The notes under the pieces are model-generated. The model worked only from the letters and a program-made list of their open reading frames with translations, did not search any database and was not told where the DNA came from. A program made the translations under genes and the position numbers. Below are positions 39,482 to 53,932 of a stretch of 64,000 bases of DNA, piece after piece. Within the stretch, counting starts at the first letter, position 1; each line of letters starts with the position of its first letter. Source of the DNA: Phoronis australis. Lineage: Eukaryota; Animalia; Phoronida. The stretch is from assembly GCA_002633005.1 (NCBI GenBank), contig NMRA01000797.1, forward strand, positions 33,255 through 97,254, read 5' to 3'.

Positions 39482-42029
39482 CGATCAGTTTTTTGTGTGA
39501 GTGCAAGAAAAATCAATGGAAACCGGCCGGCTGACAGGAAAAGCTGGCAGAGATCAAGCAACTGAACATTCACTAGTCCCTTCATGCTTTGGATAGCTTC
39601 ATGTGTTATTTGGAAGGCAAATATTTTACGAAATGTCATAAAGGGTTTAAACACAAAATAAAAGCCAAACATTTTCATTGAGAAATGTTAATTCCATATT
39701 GATTTTTGTGGCATGGCACATTGCAAAATGCTATTTATACATTGAGCAATGACACCTACAGCACTATATTCATTTATTTAATATCGTTCCTTATTTACAC
39801 AACCGACAATTTATCCCAGAACATGCCAGGCATTGATATCTGGGCGTCCAAATTGTTTAAAAAAGGCATTTAATTACAAAATCTTGAAATGTACCTCGTC
39901 ACACATCCAGGAAATTTTTCTGATTACAATTACAAAATCCATAATTATTCAAACAATAGAAAAAGAATTACACAGTATAAGATTGCCAATATTAACAACA
40001 ATACTATTAGTACAGTTGATAATTGAAAGAACAAGGAATACAATGATTATGAAATCTCATATAATTAATGACTTTCAGATCCAAAAAAGATGTAATTATG
40101 ATTCAGACAGAGTGGAGGTCACTAACACATTTTTGGGGTCTGAAAAGCAACATCTTGATTGTGCTAGTAAGTAACAATTGTTTTATAAGATTATATTTGC
40201 TAAGTATGTAACTCCTGGAAGGAAGATATGTTTCGGCTTTTGAATGTGTATCAGTCATTTGTGTGGACAGTCAGCTACAATTTTTATCCAAAATGCAATG
40301 GACAAACCAACAACCAATCATATTTTGGGAAAGATATCATGTTTTGCTCTCTTACAATAGTCATTCTTATTACAGAACAATTGACATACGTTATTTGGGT
40401 CAAATATCAAATGTGATAAGGTCAGTCACGTGACAGAACAATGACTAATTCCCATGTTGAGACTACATTGCAGATCAGATTATGGTTTTGACTCTTCGAA
40501 TTTGAAATATCCTTCATGTTATACAGGGCATTGAATTAAGCTAAATATCGACTGAAAGTAGACAGGTTGTAGAGTTTGACTTAGTACCGAACCACAATAG
40601 ATTGGGTTACATGACCATGTATTTTTAGTAAATTTAAAAAGGTAAAGTACTCTGATAGCTAAACCAATGGTATCAATAACACTTTAATTTGTTTACTAAC
40701 AATCTTCAAAAGGGAATCCAAAAAACTCCAAAACTTTTCTAAATTTTTATTTCATTTTTGTTTTAATTTTGATTTTTTCATGAAAATCAAAAAAAAATCA
40801 GCAGTGATAATGGGAAAGTCAATTCAGCAATAATTCTGGACATGTAAACCACCAGATAAGTGCACTGTGTTATTCATTCAATACAATTATGCACAAACTG
40901 GAGAAATGGGTCTAGAACCTGCCAATACTATCTGTCACAATGGGTCACTTAAGTGAACTCAAGAGTCTGCTTGAGTGTTACCTAATGACAGGACATGCTG
41001 TGCACACAGTAAAACTTACCTCAAATCAGATAAGCAATGTTCATTAACCATAAAACACAATCGTGATACATTGGTGGGAAAACAATGCTCTCAATAAGAA
41101 GTCCACATTTCATTTGATACAAATGATGAAATCTCAAAAATGCTATAATTACAGTTTTTTAAAATTATCGTTTTGTTTTTATCTTATACAACTTCTGAGT
41201 TTTTTATGAAAACCACCAGTTCTATTGATTTTAATTTTGGTTGTTACACGATATCTACCATAAGAAAAAACTTAAGGTGTACTCTAACATTTAGTTCCGG
41301 ATTCTAAGAATGAATGAGGGTAAACAATACAGCATCATACCTGAGTAAACTAATCACTAAGTACTCTTGGGAATTTCCAGTCACATCTAGTTAAACACAA
41401 GAAATATTGCCCTATAAGGCAAAACAACAATTAATGTGAGCATTTCAGTCAAATCCGGTTATTAACTAAAAAAAAACAACTGGAAAAGTTGTTCGCCCTG
41501 TTTAAAGCAAAATGTCAATTACTGTGAGCATTGTCAAGAGATTGCACATCAACCTCGAAACAATCTCATAAAAACTTATATGATCATTTCTAAAAAAGAA
41601 TACATTTATAAACGAGTCAAACACAGTGACTATTTATAAGAAATTAAAGCTACTATGAACTTGAATTTTGTCGAAACAATTTTTGAAGTTCCTGGCATGT
41701 AACTCTACTCTTGAGAGATTACTGTAGGTTATTAAACTGGAATCAAAATTGCGTACAGAAAAGATTCCTGTACTTTGGAAGACTTGACATTTCCCTAATA
41801 CTCAAAATCAAGCTCAATGGCTTGGTTTGACCAAAAACCAATCAAAGTCGAAACCTGCTTTATAACAGTATGCGGACTAAAAACACCAATGAAACATTTA
41901 TTTCTTTTTGACTACAGTCGCCTTGTGTAGGTCACCAAGTAAAAAGTCTTGCAAGAGTTTGTTAGGGTCTGACAGAATTCAGTTGAAATCTTTCAGCACA
42001 AACCCAGAAATTGCTTTCGCATTATATAC

Positions 42030-42196
42030 AGGCTCTCTGATTCACTCCCTGGCATCCATTCATTACTTGAAGACCAAGACCAAAGGAGGAGACACCTTTG
42101 TGCAATGCTCAATTGTCTGCCAGTAAAGCCAGGATTTGAGCCCAGGTGTCTCACATGGGAGTCCCGAGCTCAAGCCACTGAACCACACTGTCTCCA
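42030..42196 (-). mobile_element. tRNA-derived SINE head / tRNA pseudogene
   Basis: Minus strand GGAGACAGTG-TGGTTCAGTGG (A box)...GGCTCAAATCC (B-box-like); acceptor and anticodon stems poorly paired. Confidence 0.55.
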
Positions 42197-42770
42197 CAAT
42201 GGAAGTCTTACTGGACTTTCTTTTGAAAACTACAGTTAGGCTCCTATCAGAGGAAGACCAATGAACCAGATGACCACAACAAAGTTCATTGCCATGGGTC
42301 TTGTCCATAAAAACTAGGTTCAATGCCCCAGAAAAATAAACAAGTCAAATGAATTTCATGATTAGCGCAATGGATTCTCTGGAATTATCCAATTCCCAGT
42401 ACCATCAGTTAGACTTCAGATACAGATGGAGCAGGTTATATTTCTTCAACAATTCCCATTGGAGTTTTACATCAGGACGACAGCAAAATAACAAGATCAA
42501 TGCAGTAGCATAACATGGCATTGCATGTTTGAAGATATGTTCTTCAAAGAGATTAGCATTCATTAAATCCAAATTTGAATAAAAAATTTAATTAAAGAGA
42601 TTCACTTCCGCGGCTAAACACAGTATTTAATTAACTTCAACCGTGAACGTTCAAAGACGAAGAAGACAAAATTACCCGGCAAATTGCTATTCAAATGATG
42701 AAAAATAACAGTATTAAATACATTGCTTCGCAGCTGGGTTTGACAATGGCATGAGGACTGCAGTCTGTAG

Positions 42771-42809
42771 CACACCCTTGAGAAAGAGCGCGTCGCTCGA
42801 TACGTGTGG
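42771..42809 (+). ncRNA. Penelope-type minimal hammerhead ribozyme variant (probably degenerate)
   Basis: CACACCC-TTGAGAAA-GAGCG(cgt)CGCTC-GATA-CGTGTGG: stem I, UGANAA core, stem II, GAAA>GATA. Confidence 0.5.
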
Positions 42810-43928
42810 ATATTTTAGTATATTTTAGTACGGATGCTAGTCATTTAGTTTTACTAGTTTTACTATTTTATATGTTTATTCGTCGGTAACTGCAACATCT
42901 ATTTGATATCAATATAAATCTTTTAATATTGAAAACAAGCAAGAGAAGTTCTTACTGCTTTATGGTAAAATATCACTACTTTTGGACAAAAATAGTTGTC
43001 AAAATGCCGATGTCGGAGCTGGGATGAGATTTTTGTGAATAACAAGTTAATACATCATCCCTGCGTAACAACAAATAAACTTTCACGTATCACTGTCTAG
43101 TCTTTTCTTGTGATATTGTGGGTTATAACCTGAACCTACTATACAGAACATGCAGGCATCCTGGAACGTCTTGTTATTAGTGTTGGTCAAATTACAAAAT
43201 ACTCCCAGGAATATGAAGCGTAATCTTTTTTTAAATTCACGATGTTCACGCATTTTAGGACCCACTTCATCACTGTCTTGTAAGTTGAAGCCAGTCGCTG
43301 TGCAGCAGTGCACTCATCCACACGCCATGTTGAAATCAGATGAGTTTCTATTATCGTGCAACCACAATACACAAGCTCCACCCATAATGTCACATGATCA
43401 GAATCAGTTGTGAACAAACTCCACGCGCGTGTATTTGACTAAGCGTTGTGTTTTGCTGAATAATCTCTGTGAAAATACCATTTAGTTTTAAATATTCCAA
43501 CGAAGGCAGGCGGTGACATTAAAATGTTCCATTGATGCACGATGGCTATCAAAACTGAACGTCTATGATTTTCAAGAAAAAAAAATCAACATTGCATGTA
43601 CTAAACAGGAAATTACAAGTATAATTCAGAAAATTGCAAGAGTCTTTGAGATTTCAGCGAGTAAAATCTATAGTTTTGTAGAAATTTGGCAAAAAACACG
43701 GACTTGCCGATAAGATCCAACATGACCTTAAGCAATGAACCAATTTTTTGGGGTTCAACAAGTGTTAATGATACAGTGTAAGGTTGACACTCCTTCAAGT
43801 GGGTGCAGGTGGTCTCCTGCAGAACACCACCAGTGTTTCTGTTCATAATATTAATGATAATAAATTTTGTTTATGGAGGATAAGATACAATAGATTTAAA
43901 AAAACATGCTTCAGCCAAAGGCTAGCAT

Positions 43929-45377
43929 AGACCCAATTCACGTGGCAGACATTAAAATCCAAAGCGAGGCTCACTGCGATAAACAAAGCCGAAGTTGACA
44001 TTGCGTGAGTTAAATGGCCGGTTTTTTGAGGCCAACCTGGATATTAAATCTTAAAAATGTGTCAATACTTAACCACAGAGACGTAAAGAAATACATTAGA
44101 GAACAAGTCAATGCACCAAAGAATTGTCTGGCAAAAGGGTATAAGCTTTTTTCGGAAAACTAGGTTCAAAACATGAAAAGTAAATATGACCAAATTGCGG
44201 CGATCGACGTGTTACGACTAGGTATTATGCTGAATGCAGGGTTACGTTTCTTCTAGACTTGTAAATTGTTGATAAAAATGCTAATTTCTACACGAACCAG
44301 TTCGTCTGCTCTAATTGTTGACGAGTTCATGAAATATTCGACAGCATTTTGCTGTCATGTGCATCTGGTTTAATTTGTTAATCAAGAATATTAACATCAA
44401 GCATCAGATAGCCTAGCTAGGTGAGGTAGGGACTACCGGAACTAACAAACGATTTGTCATTGATCTGAAAGAATAATTGATGTTATTAAACATATTTCTA
44501 TTAAAATAAAAACCTGGCTCGTAATTGAAAAAAAAATTCTTTGACCATCAATTCTGCTTTCTTGGCTTTAATAATTCTTACGTCTATTGCATGTGTTATG
44601 ATTCAAATATCAATCTATACCAAGTTGAATTTTAAAATTAAAACACGTACCTAATTCGTTCGTCTAAAGCATAACCTCGTTTTAGAGCTCAATTTCAGTT
44701 AACTGGACAGAGCAAGCATAGTTATCATGTTTCTTCAGGGGCATCGTTCGTTCATCACGGTGAGGGGAAAGATGCCTGTGCCTTCAAGAGGGGGATTTTT
44801 TTGCCGAGTGACGGGAAAAATCTAGCTCCCGATCACCATTAATAAGACCCCCGCCCTGTTGCAAGCTCTCATAAGCTATGTCTCAAATAGCATTTTGTGC
44901 TCTTTCCGTCAAATTGTCACCTGTGTGATTCACTCCACACGATTTGAACTTCGAAGAGAAATTTCCAATCACTTTTTTAGGCCTCGTGGGGGAATTTCGC
45001 ATGATTTTTAAATATTTTAAGAGGGGAATAGAGCCGATATTCGGCCCCAAAATCGAGGGATTGAGGGCCCTGTCCTTTTGGAAAGAAAAATGTATCATGA
45101 AAACACACTGAGCCTGGCTGGCAGAAAATACTCCAGTCGTCATTTATTCGGCAACGAGAAGTTATTAAATATGATCTAACTTTTCAAAAACATTTATAAA
45201 CTTTACACGGACATATTTTCTTTCGTCGCTTCCACGTCTCAGCGTCCTTAGTCGGAGATTGTAAAGCAGACAGTTGAATGTCCGCATTTTTTCTATAGCC
45301 GTTCGAGCAACGCAGAATACAGCTATCGTAGCGAGCCTCGTTTTGGAACTCGCCTCCAGTCGGCGTGAATAGGGTCT
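43929..45377. mobile_element. ISL2EU/Harbinger-related non-autonomous DNA transposon
   Basis: AT flanks; TIRs AGACCCAATTCACG / CGTGAATAGGGTCT; convergent ORF relics (KGYKLFSEN.V at left, THAP-like SC...CSN...PTKD at right). Confidence 0.55.
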
Positions 45378-47441
45378 ATACAGCACGGTCCTGTTTACCC
45401 GTAAATACTGACACTTTATCAGCATTTTTTTCAGTCACATCGGTTTATCTATCCACTGGGCCCTAATATTGGGAGGGGGCAACGTAGTTGATACTTGAGC
45501 ATTTCAACAAAGTATACCGATTGGAAACAGGCTAACTACAGGGCCTGCCAAAGTTACAGTTTGAACCAGACATTAGTATTAATTTTATTTCTCTTAAAAT
45601 AATCTATTCAATGGTCGACATGAGGACAACTGAAAATTTCTAGCTCAATTTTGCAATTTAATGTTAAAAATGTACAACACGAGCACTTTTTACTGACAGG
45701 GAACTGCAAACTTCTTGCAGTAATGAAATCAACCAGATCTCAGTTATTCACAAATGAGTGTCCACTGTTTTGGCCTTGCATTACAAAATTTCGGGTTAAA
45801 AGAAGTTACAGTTGTTCACAATTTACATCAAGCGTTGCATGGTCTCTCCACGACTTCTGTGAAATAACACAAGCAAAAATGCAATAAGCCACCACTCTAC
45901 GCTGTATTTACTAGAGTTCATGAAATTTCAGGAAAAACCCAGGAGAATTTGTCAATTGAACAGGACGGAATTTTCGAGGGTGACATCAGTGCTACCCTTC
46001 TTTTAACTTCTACAACTAAAAGTAAGATGTTAAAATAAAATCGTTTGATTTCCCCTTTTACTACTACCAATCTTATTTGTCTGAATGTTTATTTCCCTTA
46101 GTATGTTGTGTTGTGTTACACTGTATATTATTTTGGTGAGCGTCACTATAATATAATCAATCAATCAAAAAGCAGACCCATTGCACACAACACTAAAGAG
46201 AACCCTCCTATTGCTCATCAGGGGCCGATTTAACAAATGTCACATGCACTGTTGTAGTCAAGACAGTTGTAGGATATTACAATGCTGACATTTTTATACA
46301 TTGAAACTGACACAAACATGACTATAGTTGATATCGATTTCACACTGAACACCCACATTCACAAATCACTTTATCGCACAACTTGTCAGTAAAAAACCCA
46401 TGAGACACGTGACTAACACACGGCCTTCAATAAAACAGGGCCCAAGTCTTTTACAGTCGAATTTTCCAATTTGGTCACTAGTAGTTTCATTCTGGAATTA
46501 AATGACGAGGACCATACAGTTCTGTGAAGTTTTGACTAAGGTTTTCCAGTCTCTCATAGCGAATAAAGTAAAAGCACAAACTGCAGCTGTGATAGTTATT
46601 CAGGAACTAAAACAGTAAAAATCTCACCAATTTTAGAAAAAAAAATTCTTCCTTGACAAAGTCTTCCGAAATTGTCACGGTTCTTGTCCACACTTTCTCA
46701 CAAAATGACCGAGTATTTATTTAGAGCAATATATTTTTATCAAAAAATACAAAGATGAAATTTCACTTGCATGAACAAAAAAGGAAATAAATATATGCTA
46801 TATAAATTAAATGACATGATCACACAGATTGTCCCATTAGTTTCATACATCAAGTTTTTTGCAAGACGAACAAAATTAAGATCTTGTAAAAGCATGTGAT
46901 TCAAAAGAGAGTGTTTCACGGCAATGCTCCAAAGACTGTCTGGCAAAACGGCACCCACTGAAGTGATTGGTCAGCGAAGACAGTGTGTTGAATCGTAGCA
47001 TTGAATTCTTTATTTCTGTTCCGTTAATGACGATTTTTCCCCTCAAGAGTAAGCTATTATGTTATGGCCAACAACTTAGCTCAGGGCTGAATTAGATATC
47101 AGTGATGAAATCATTTTCGAAGATCAAACTCGCACTTAAGTACCCCTGAGTTAAGTGTGTAGGAATATCTTATTTTAATTACCTTATGTTCAAACAGGAT
47201 GCAAATGGGGTCACTAGAAATAGATGTTCTAAGAAAGAAAATGCGAGAATTTCAGCATCCTTCGCAAGTGTTGATGTCTTGCTGGAGGTTACACACTGTC
47301 AGTTGGGTTTGGATGAGCTAATTTCACAGGCAACAACTGTTCTCCATGACCACATTGAACAACTGTTCTCCGAACTTATTAGCTGAATCGCAAAACTGGT
47401 TACAACACAAGGGCTATAACAATCTAAGTTCACGGACTTAC

Positions 47442-47525
47442 AGCTTTGACTTTCGACCTATAACCTCCGCCCTTCTGATGCCGTTCCCAATCTTCAAGCT
47501 TCTGCTGACGCTTTTCTTCTTCTTT
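47442..47525 (-). CDS. SELENOS: Selenoprotein S exon 4, coiled coil (KEEEKRQQKLEDWERHQKGGGYRSKVKA)
   Basis: tttatAG acceptor, GTAAGT donor, 84 nt phase 0-0; matches SelS EEEKRRQKIEMW..Q.G..Y; not in the ORF track. Confidence 0.95.
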
Positions 47526-50500
47526 CTATAAATTTCAAAGGTAATGATAACAACAAAAGTGATCACAAGAAAGAAAAAGCATAACACTTGTCAGAAACAT
47601 ACTGTTCGAGCAGTTCAGGTCCTTCCCCATCCTGTTTGAACACGAAATCACGAAGTTTAAAAAAAAACAGTGCAGGTGGTCTGATGTCATTTGCAGTGCA
47701 TCAGACGTGCGCAGGCCTCATGGTTGGGCCCATGAAGCTTACTAATTACATCAATTCTTCACTATTTCACAAGAAAACATAGTAAAACTGGTATTTCAAA
47801 ACGCTGGCAGCTGTAAGTTCTTAAAATAAACCAGAGAGACTATGACAGATCTCATTCTCTAACTAACTATGACAAACTTTTTGACAGAATTTTTCGCAGT
47901 TTAATACCATTTTTGTTACGGTAAAATTAGACTTTGTTAAAGTTTGTCAGAGCCTAATGTGAATTGTGTGTAGCCCGATAGTTGTTAATGTACTTGCACA
48001 GTAGCTCTCATAAATTCCACAAAGCATGTTCAGCAGTACCAGTCGAGATATTGTTCAGATTCAGAATCTAGCCAAAAGGAAACATAATTTAGCTGAGGTT
48101 TTGCACGTGAAAACTGTCTTGAATTTCAACATACCGTAGTATAGTTTATTTTCAAAACGTGCCTTCTTAAATAAAATGGAATCTCTGAAATTTTGTTTTA
48201 TGATATCCTGCACAGGTACAGTAATATTTTTTTACTCAAAATTGCTCTTTATGTTCTTTGAAGACCCACCACGCTACCGTATAATGGAGTAGATGGATTG
48301 CCTACTCTATGTATCCTCAATGCATGAGATATTTGATTAGCACTGTCCTTATTCATTAGCAACATATTCCCGATGATAGTTGATTTTACTTTGGATATAG
48401 TACCTCAGCCTGCTGATTTATTGTTATTTGTATGGTCAGTTGTGCTTGAATTTTGCAGTAGCACTTGTTGAAAAAGTGCAGTCAAAAATACCCACGACAC
48501 AAAAATTCTACTAAAGGAATATATGTTTTCTTACACAGTTAGGTAGGAAAATACACGGCAATACCAGAACTTCCCATCAAATCACAATTAAAACACGAGA
48601 CTGAGAAATGCACAACAGTTAAATAAGAAATTATTGGACTTGCGTACCTCACCTCATGATCCATAAAGCTATGACATTTTTGAGGCCAATTTTCAAAGAA
48701 GTAAGTGGCCAAGAGATGTTTTTTATTTTGCAGGCAACTTCATTATTACATTGGCAAGAATTTTTTAAGAAAGCCAAATAAATTTTGACAGGTTGCAATC
48801 ATTAAAAGTGTTCTTAAATTGTTATTTGTTGGTGGACTACAAGACTAGCTGAGTGCGATGCAATACATTCAAAAATCATGGCATCGTATGTTAAGGCAGG
48901 TGTTCCCCAGGTAGAGTTTGAAGATTTCAGGTGATAAAACACGATTAATGGTCAATGAAATTTTTTGGATTGAAATGTATACCCCAACAGCTCCTGTACA
49001 TTATCCAAATCTCACATCTGACATTACAAACTCAAATCCTGAATCAAAATCATTTTGAATTAGAACTGAATGATGGCCAGCTTAAAAGATAATGCATCAA
49101 CCGCAATTTGCGACCAATGTGCGATCAACCAAAATTTATTTAAAAACGCACATAAAAAATTATAAAAAATCGCCATTCATTTAGGATTTGGAACAGTTTA
49201 TCTTTCTCTCGCCTGCCAATGTTATTAAACTGTAGTTATCTCCCATTAAATTGGGTGCAGAGTAGAAAAGTACCTATCAGCATGTTTAGCAATGTCACTG
49301 GGTCAACCCCTAAAAGGGGAGCATGGAAATGAAAGAATTAATAGAAAGAATTAAAATTCAACATCAAATTATTGCACTGATTTAAGGCCATGGTCATGTA
49401 ACCGTTTTTAGTAAAGTTTAGAAAAAAGAAACTAAGGTACATGCCAGAAAATCAATGGCATCAATAACACCATTAAACTATATTTGATATAAAATGTACA
49501 ACAATTAGGTGAGATTTCCAAAATGCTGGTATAGTTTTCAAAAATATTTGTTGTTTTATGCAACTTAAGTGTTGTATATAAAAAATTCACAAGTCCTATT
49601 TTTCCATAGTCCCTCAAGCAAAAGGCAAACATTTTAAACGCAATTCCTAACGGAATTTTAGAGACTAGTGTATAGAGCACACTCATATCTGAAATTTTGA
49701 TATCAATCAAATCAGCAGTTTTGAGATATGATGTTCCAAGGTTGGTCAAATGTGGACATTTTTCTAGGGTCCTGCATTTTACTTCCAGCAAAAAACAAGT
49801 TCTTTTTCAAGGGCAACGAAGAAACATTAATATGTACCCACATTCAATTTGGTGTATAGCAGATGATATGCTGTCTGGGATACTAATTACTTTGACAAGC
49901 TGAAAGTGTTTCCCGAAAACTGAAATTTGCACATAAAGCCAGCAAAAACTGCCACTACCAAATTTTCAATGTACATTTGAATAGTGATAAAATGATGACC
50001 ATACATTAAAAATAGCAATGAAAGATACAAAATACCATAAGACTATGACCACTTCAAGCACTAAAAATTAGATCATCTTGTAAATGAAAATAAGACATTA
50101 TTATTACAGACGGATCTTAATACATTTACTATGAAATCTAACTTTTGTCTCTGAGTCCTTGACAAAAATCGTGTAAAATGGTTCTTGCAATACCCGAAAG
50201 GGATCAAACGGCGCCCAAATTAATTGGTCTTTTTTCCACTTTTCCGAGTGAACCAAATACTCAAACTTGATGATGAACGACCACATCAAATTCATCAAAT
50301 ACTCGAACGCTATTCATGGGAAAGAAAAAAACCTTCTGATGATAGGTTACTAAGAAACAAATCCCTTGGAGAGATATTTTTCAGTGTTAATCACAATGTC
50401 TTTGAACCTCTTTAAGAAGCAGCATCCGGAAACAGAACAGTAAAAGGCAATTCTCTGTCTGCATTCAATCTCAGTGAATAAACACAATGAACAATTTGTT

Positions 50501-53500
50501 ATATACCAAATATAAACACTTGCTAAATGGATTACTCATAATCTTAAATCATGAATGGAAATTCCACTGTTTCTTTAAACTGATCAAAGATGATAACTGA
50601 ACAGTTTGCATTTGGTATTTTGCATCAGTTAAAATTTCCTACAAATTGCGATTGTGTTTGTTGTACAGTCCTATACCAACAAGGAAAAGAATTTCTAATG
50701 TAGAATGACAGTCAACGAGTATGAATGATTTTGCTAATTTAATCAATCCATGCTGTTGCAGGGCGATTACTATTTTGAATGTAAAATAAATGCCGCAGCT
50801 GAAAAGCACCCAGCTGGCTGTTGACAATGAGGCTTCATTTTATATGGGTGATCAGTCAAACTCAATTAAGAACAGTCAACTCATAATGAGGCTGTGAGAC
50901 TAACTGATACAAAACTGCCAGTGTTAATTTAATCTGTGAAGACGCCAAGACGCAAGAAAAAATGCCAATCAAGTGCAAAGAAAGTTAGTCTATGGCCTGT
51001 CTTGCCAACATTGATTCAGATAGCCATGCGGGCATCATCGATTGTCCATAAGTTTGCAGCACTAAACTTCAAAGCAAAATTAACATTTGTCATACTACCT
51101 GGCATGCTGTTTTAGCCTGCAATCAACAGATGGCGCAACTAAACAATATGTTAACATTATAACTAACTGCCACTGAGTAGGTATTCCAGAGGCAGGTTTT
51201 CATCGGTCTGGTGCCAATCTTTCTTTCGTTAGTTGGCAGGCTCAGTCTTTTGTCCGATGTCAGGAGGCAAACATCAATTATCTACCATTTTGAATGAATA
51301 CATCCATTCACTCAAAACTGTTGTCAACAAAAAAACATTGCAGCATTTTGGCCAATATCTATTGCCTTCTTATGCAAAAGAAAGATCCTATAAAGGACTA
51401 ACTTTTCATGACACAATAGGAGCTTGGATCAACTTTCATGATATCAAAAGCACACAACAACACAGGTTTTCCAAGTTGATGTAGAGAAGAATTGTCCAAC
51501 TACAAGATACTACTGACTGTAAAAGAGTATCCAAGTTGCACTTCTTCGAAAACTTTGGCAGAAAAGAATTGTTGCTCTTGAAAAAAAAAACCTATCATAA
51601 AAGCATGTTTCGTTAAAATAGGTGAAGTGTGACTTGTAAAGCATGAGGTCTCTTTTAAAATGTTTTAATTTAAAAGGAAATAACAACTTAGTTGTGTCAA
51701 CTTATTGGGAATATTCAAATGCGGCACCAGATGGAGACACGTAACAGGTGAGCCAATCTTTCAAGAACTTCACACTGTTCATTGTCCCATATGTGGACTC
51801 GGTGTGTCATCAATAGCAGTACAGGGTGGTGACACTGATTGAAATACTGGTGAACAATGACTGACCAACAAAAGATTATTACCGTTCAATCATTTTAGGG
51901 TCCTTACTCACCAAAGAGGAGAAGTGCTTGCTGAGAGGGGAAAATCTCTCCACCCAAGTGGCCACCACACACTGCTTAGAACAGACCACGTAGGGAGGAC
52001 CGGGCATATGTTTTGTTTTAATTTGACTATCCTAAATCATAGTAGGTAATGTCACACTGCAGACCTAAGGCTCCCACAAATGACTTTTTTACTCAATGCC
52101 ACTTGTATGTCATACCCCGTGCACTTGAGGTAATCCAATACACATTCTGTTTTGCATATGAAGGCAGTGAATAATGGAAAAGCATGACTTTGAAATGAGG
52201 ATTTAAGCAGTAATATACGGTAACCTTAGGAACCAAGAATCTATGCCAGTTAACGGTGATTCTTACCTTGACGGGAATTTCTTAGTCATAGGAGGGGAAT
52301 TTTTGGGGGTGATTAGCACGCAATTATTAAATATTTTTAAGCGGAACAAGGCCAATATTCTGATCCAACATGTTGTAAACAATTTCTTTCTATGAGATAA
52401 GGACTACATCTGGAAGGTCATGAAAAACATTCGGGTGTGAGATAGTCAGCCTAGTAACAGCTTGTATCCACACCCGGTTCCCATTTGTCAGCTGATCATC
52501 GAAGGAGTGACTATATATTCACTGGGACATGAAGTGCTGGGAAAAGCTGGATTTGCCAAACAGATTTTTACATGCAAGTGAAACATTGAATAATAAAGGT
52601 TAAAAGCCCACACCCCTTCATGAGACTCATATGAGAACACCAAGCAAAACTGATCATTGCATAAGTGCAGGAAAGCCTTAATCAAAACCTGCCAATAGAT
52701 GGCGCCAGACTACTAGTACCTGGAATCCACAGAACTACATGTAGAACATGAGCAACGTTAAGGGTTAATTGGCGGTCACCATGCATAGCAGATACAACAA
52801 ATAATCCTTATTTGAAGCATTTCTAGGACTGAGCTTTACTAGTTCACTAAGCTCTTAAGGCTGCAAAGCAAATCGTCCAAAAATTGGAACAAAACCTTTC
52901 ATTTAAACCTTTTCACTGCCATGATTGCCATTCAGCAATTCACTGCCAAACATGCCAACAGTTAATCGTCAACTGAGTGGGAGATAACATAGTTTAATCA
53001 AGTACCAACAGGTGACAGGAACATAGTTATACAAAATCCCAAACGGAAAAGTTAGGTTTTTAAAATTTTCGTCTTTCTTGTAAAAAATTTGGATGGCCAC
53101 TTATCGTTTGAATTGCGACTGACGCAATAGTCTCTAAACTGTCCAAAATCAAAGGTTAAATTTACTCGAACAATTCGGACTCGCTATCTGAGTTTGAAAT
53201 GCCAGACATGGGAGAGATGTGTACTAGGTCCAGGGTCAGGTATGAATTCCCATCAACAGCTTTCGTTGATCACTCTCAGTTGTCTTAGCACAGACCTACT
53301 CTACAAGGTAATGTGCATCTCAATCTGAAAGTTTCATAACAATCAACCATAAAATAATAGACACGTTTTCAGTGATTGCTCCTTATGTCATATGTGTCCC
53401 AAAAATTCATTTGACACTGGGGAAAGCAGGCAGGGGTGAATTTGAAAAAAATTCTCAGATGAATTTCACAAACATGGACCAAGAAGTTAAATGTCATAAA

Positions 53501-53932
53501 TTAATACAGTTACACCAAAAACATGGTAGATAGTGAGGCACGCACACAGAAAACTGAAATTGTCACTAGGAGGGGGGGGGTGCACACCAATGGGATTCAC
53601 CAAACAATCAACAGCATTTACTTCTCCTCATATGGAATGTTCCCGTTACCTTTCACAAAGATTATTCAAGAAGTCAGGCAAATAGCGAGATGGACATCAA
53701 ATACAACTTTTGCTGGTCTAATGAACACGGGAAATGTACTGTTTAATTTCCTGCTTTCCCAAATACCGCTTTTCCGCGTTCTGAAAACGCGTACAGACTT
53801 GAGGACCCCTTCCCTATTTTACAACTTATAATGAATTGCAACCTCCGCTCACGAGGGGAGATCGGACATTTTTCCGTTTAGATAGAAAGCGAATAACGGT
53901 AAAATAACCATTCGCTGCCAGTCTATACCGAC

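Noticed and set aside
39187-39678. 163-aa minus-strand ORF
   Set aside because: Antisense shadow of the precursor CDS; no splice or protein features
42127-42196. Functional tRNA-Gly gene
   Set aside because: Stems do not pair properly and there is no T-run terminator; treated as a SINE head
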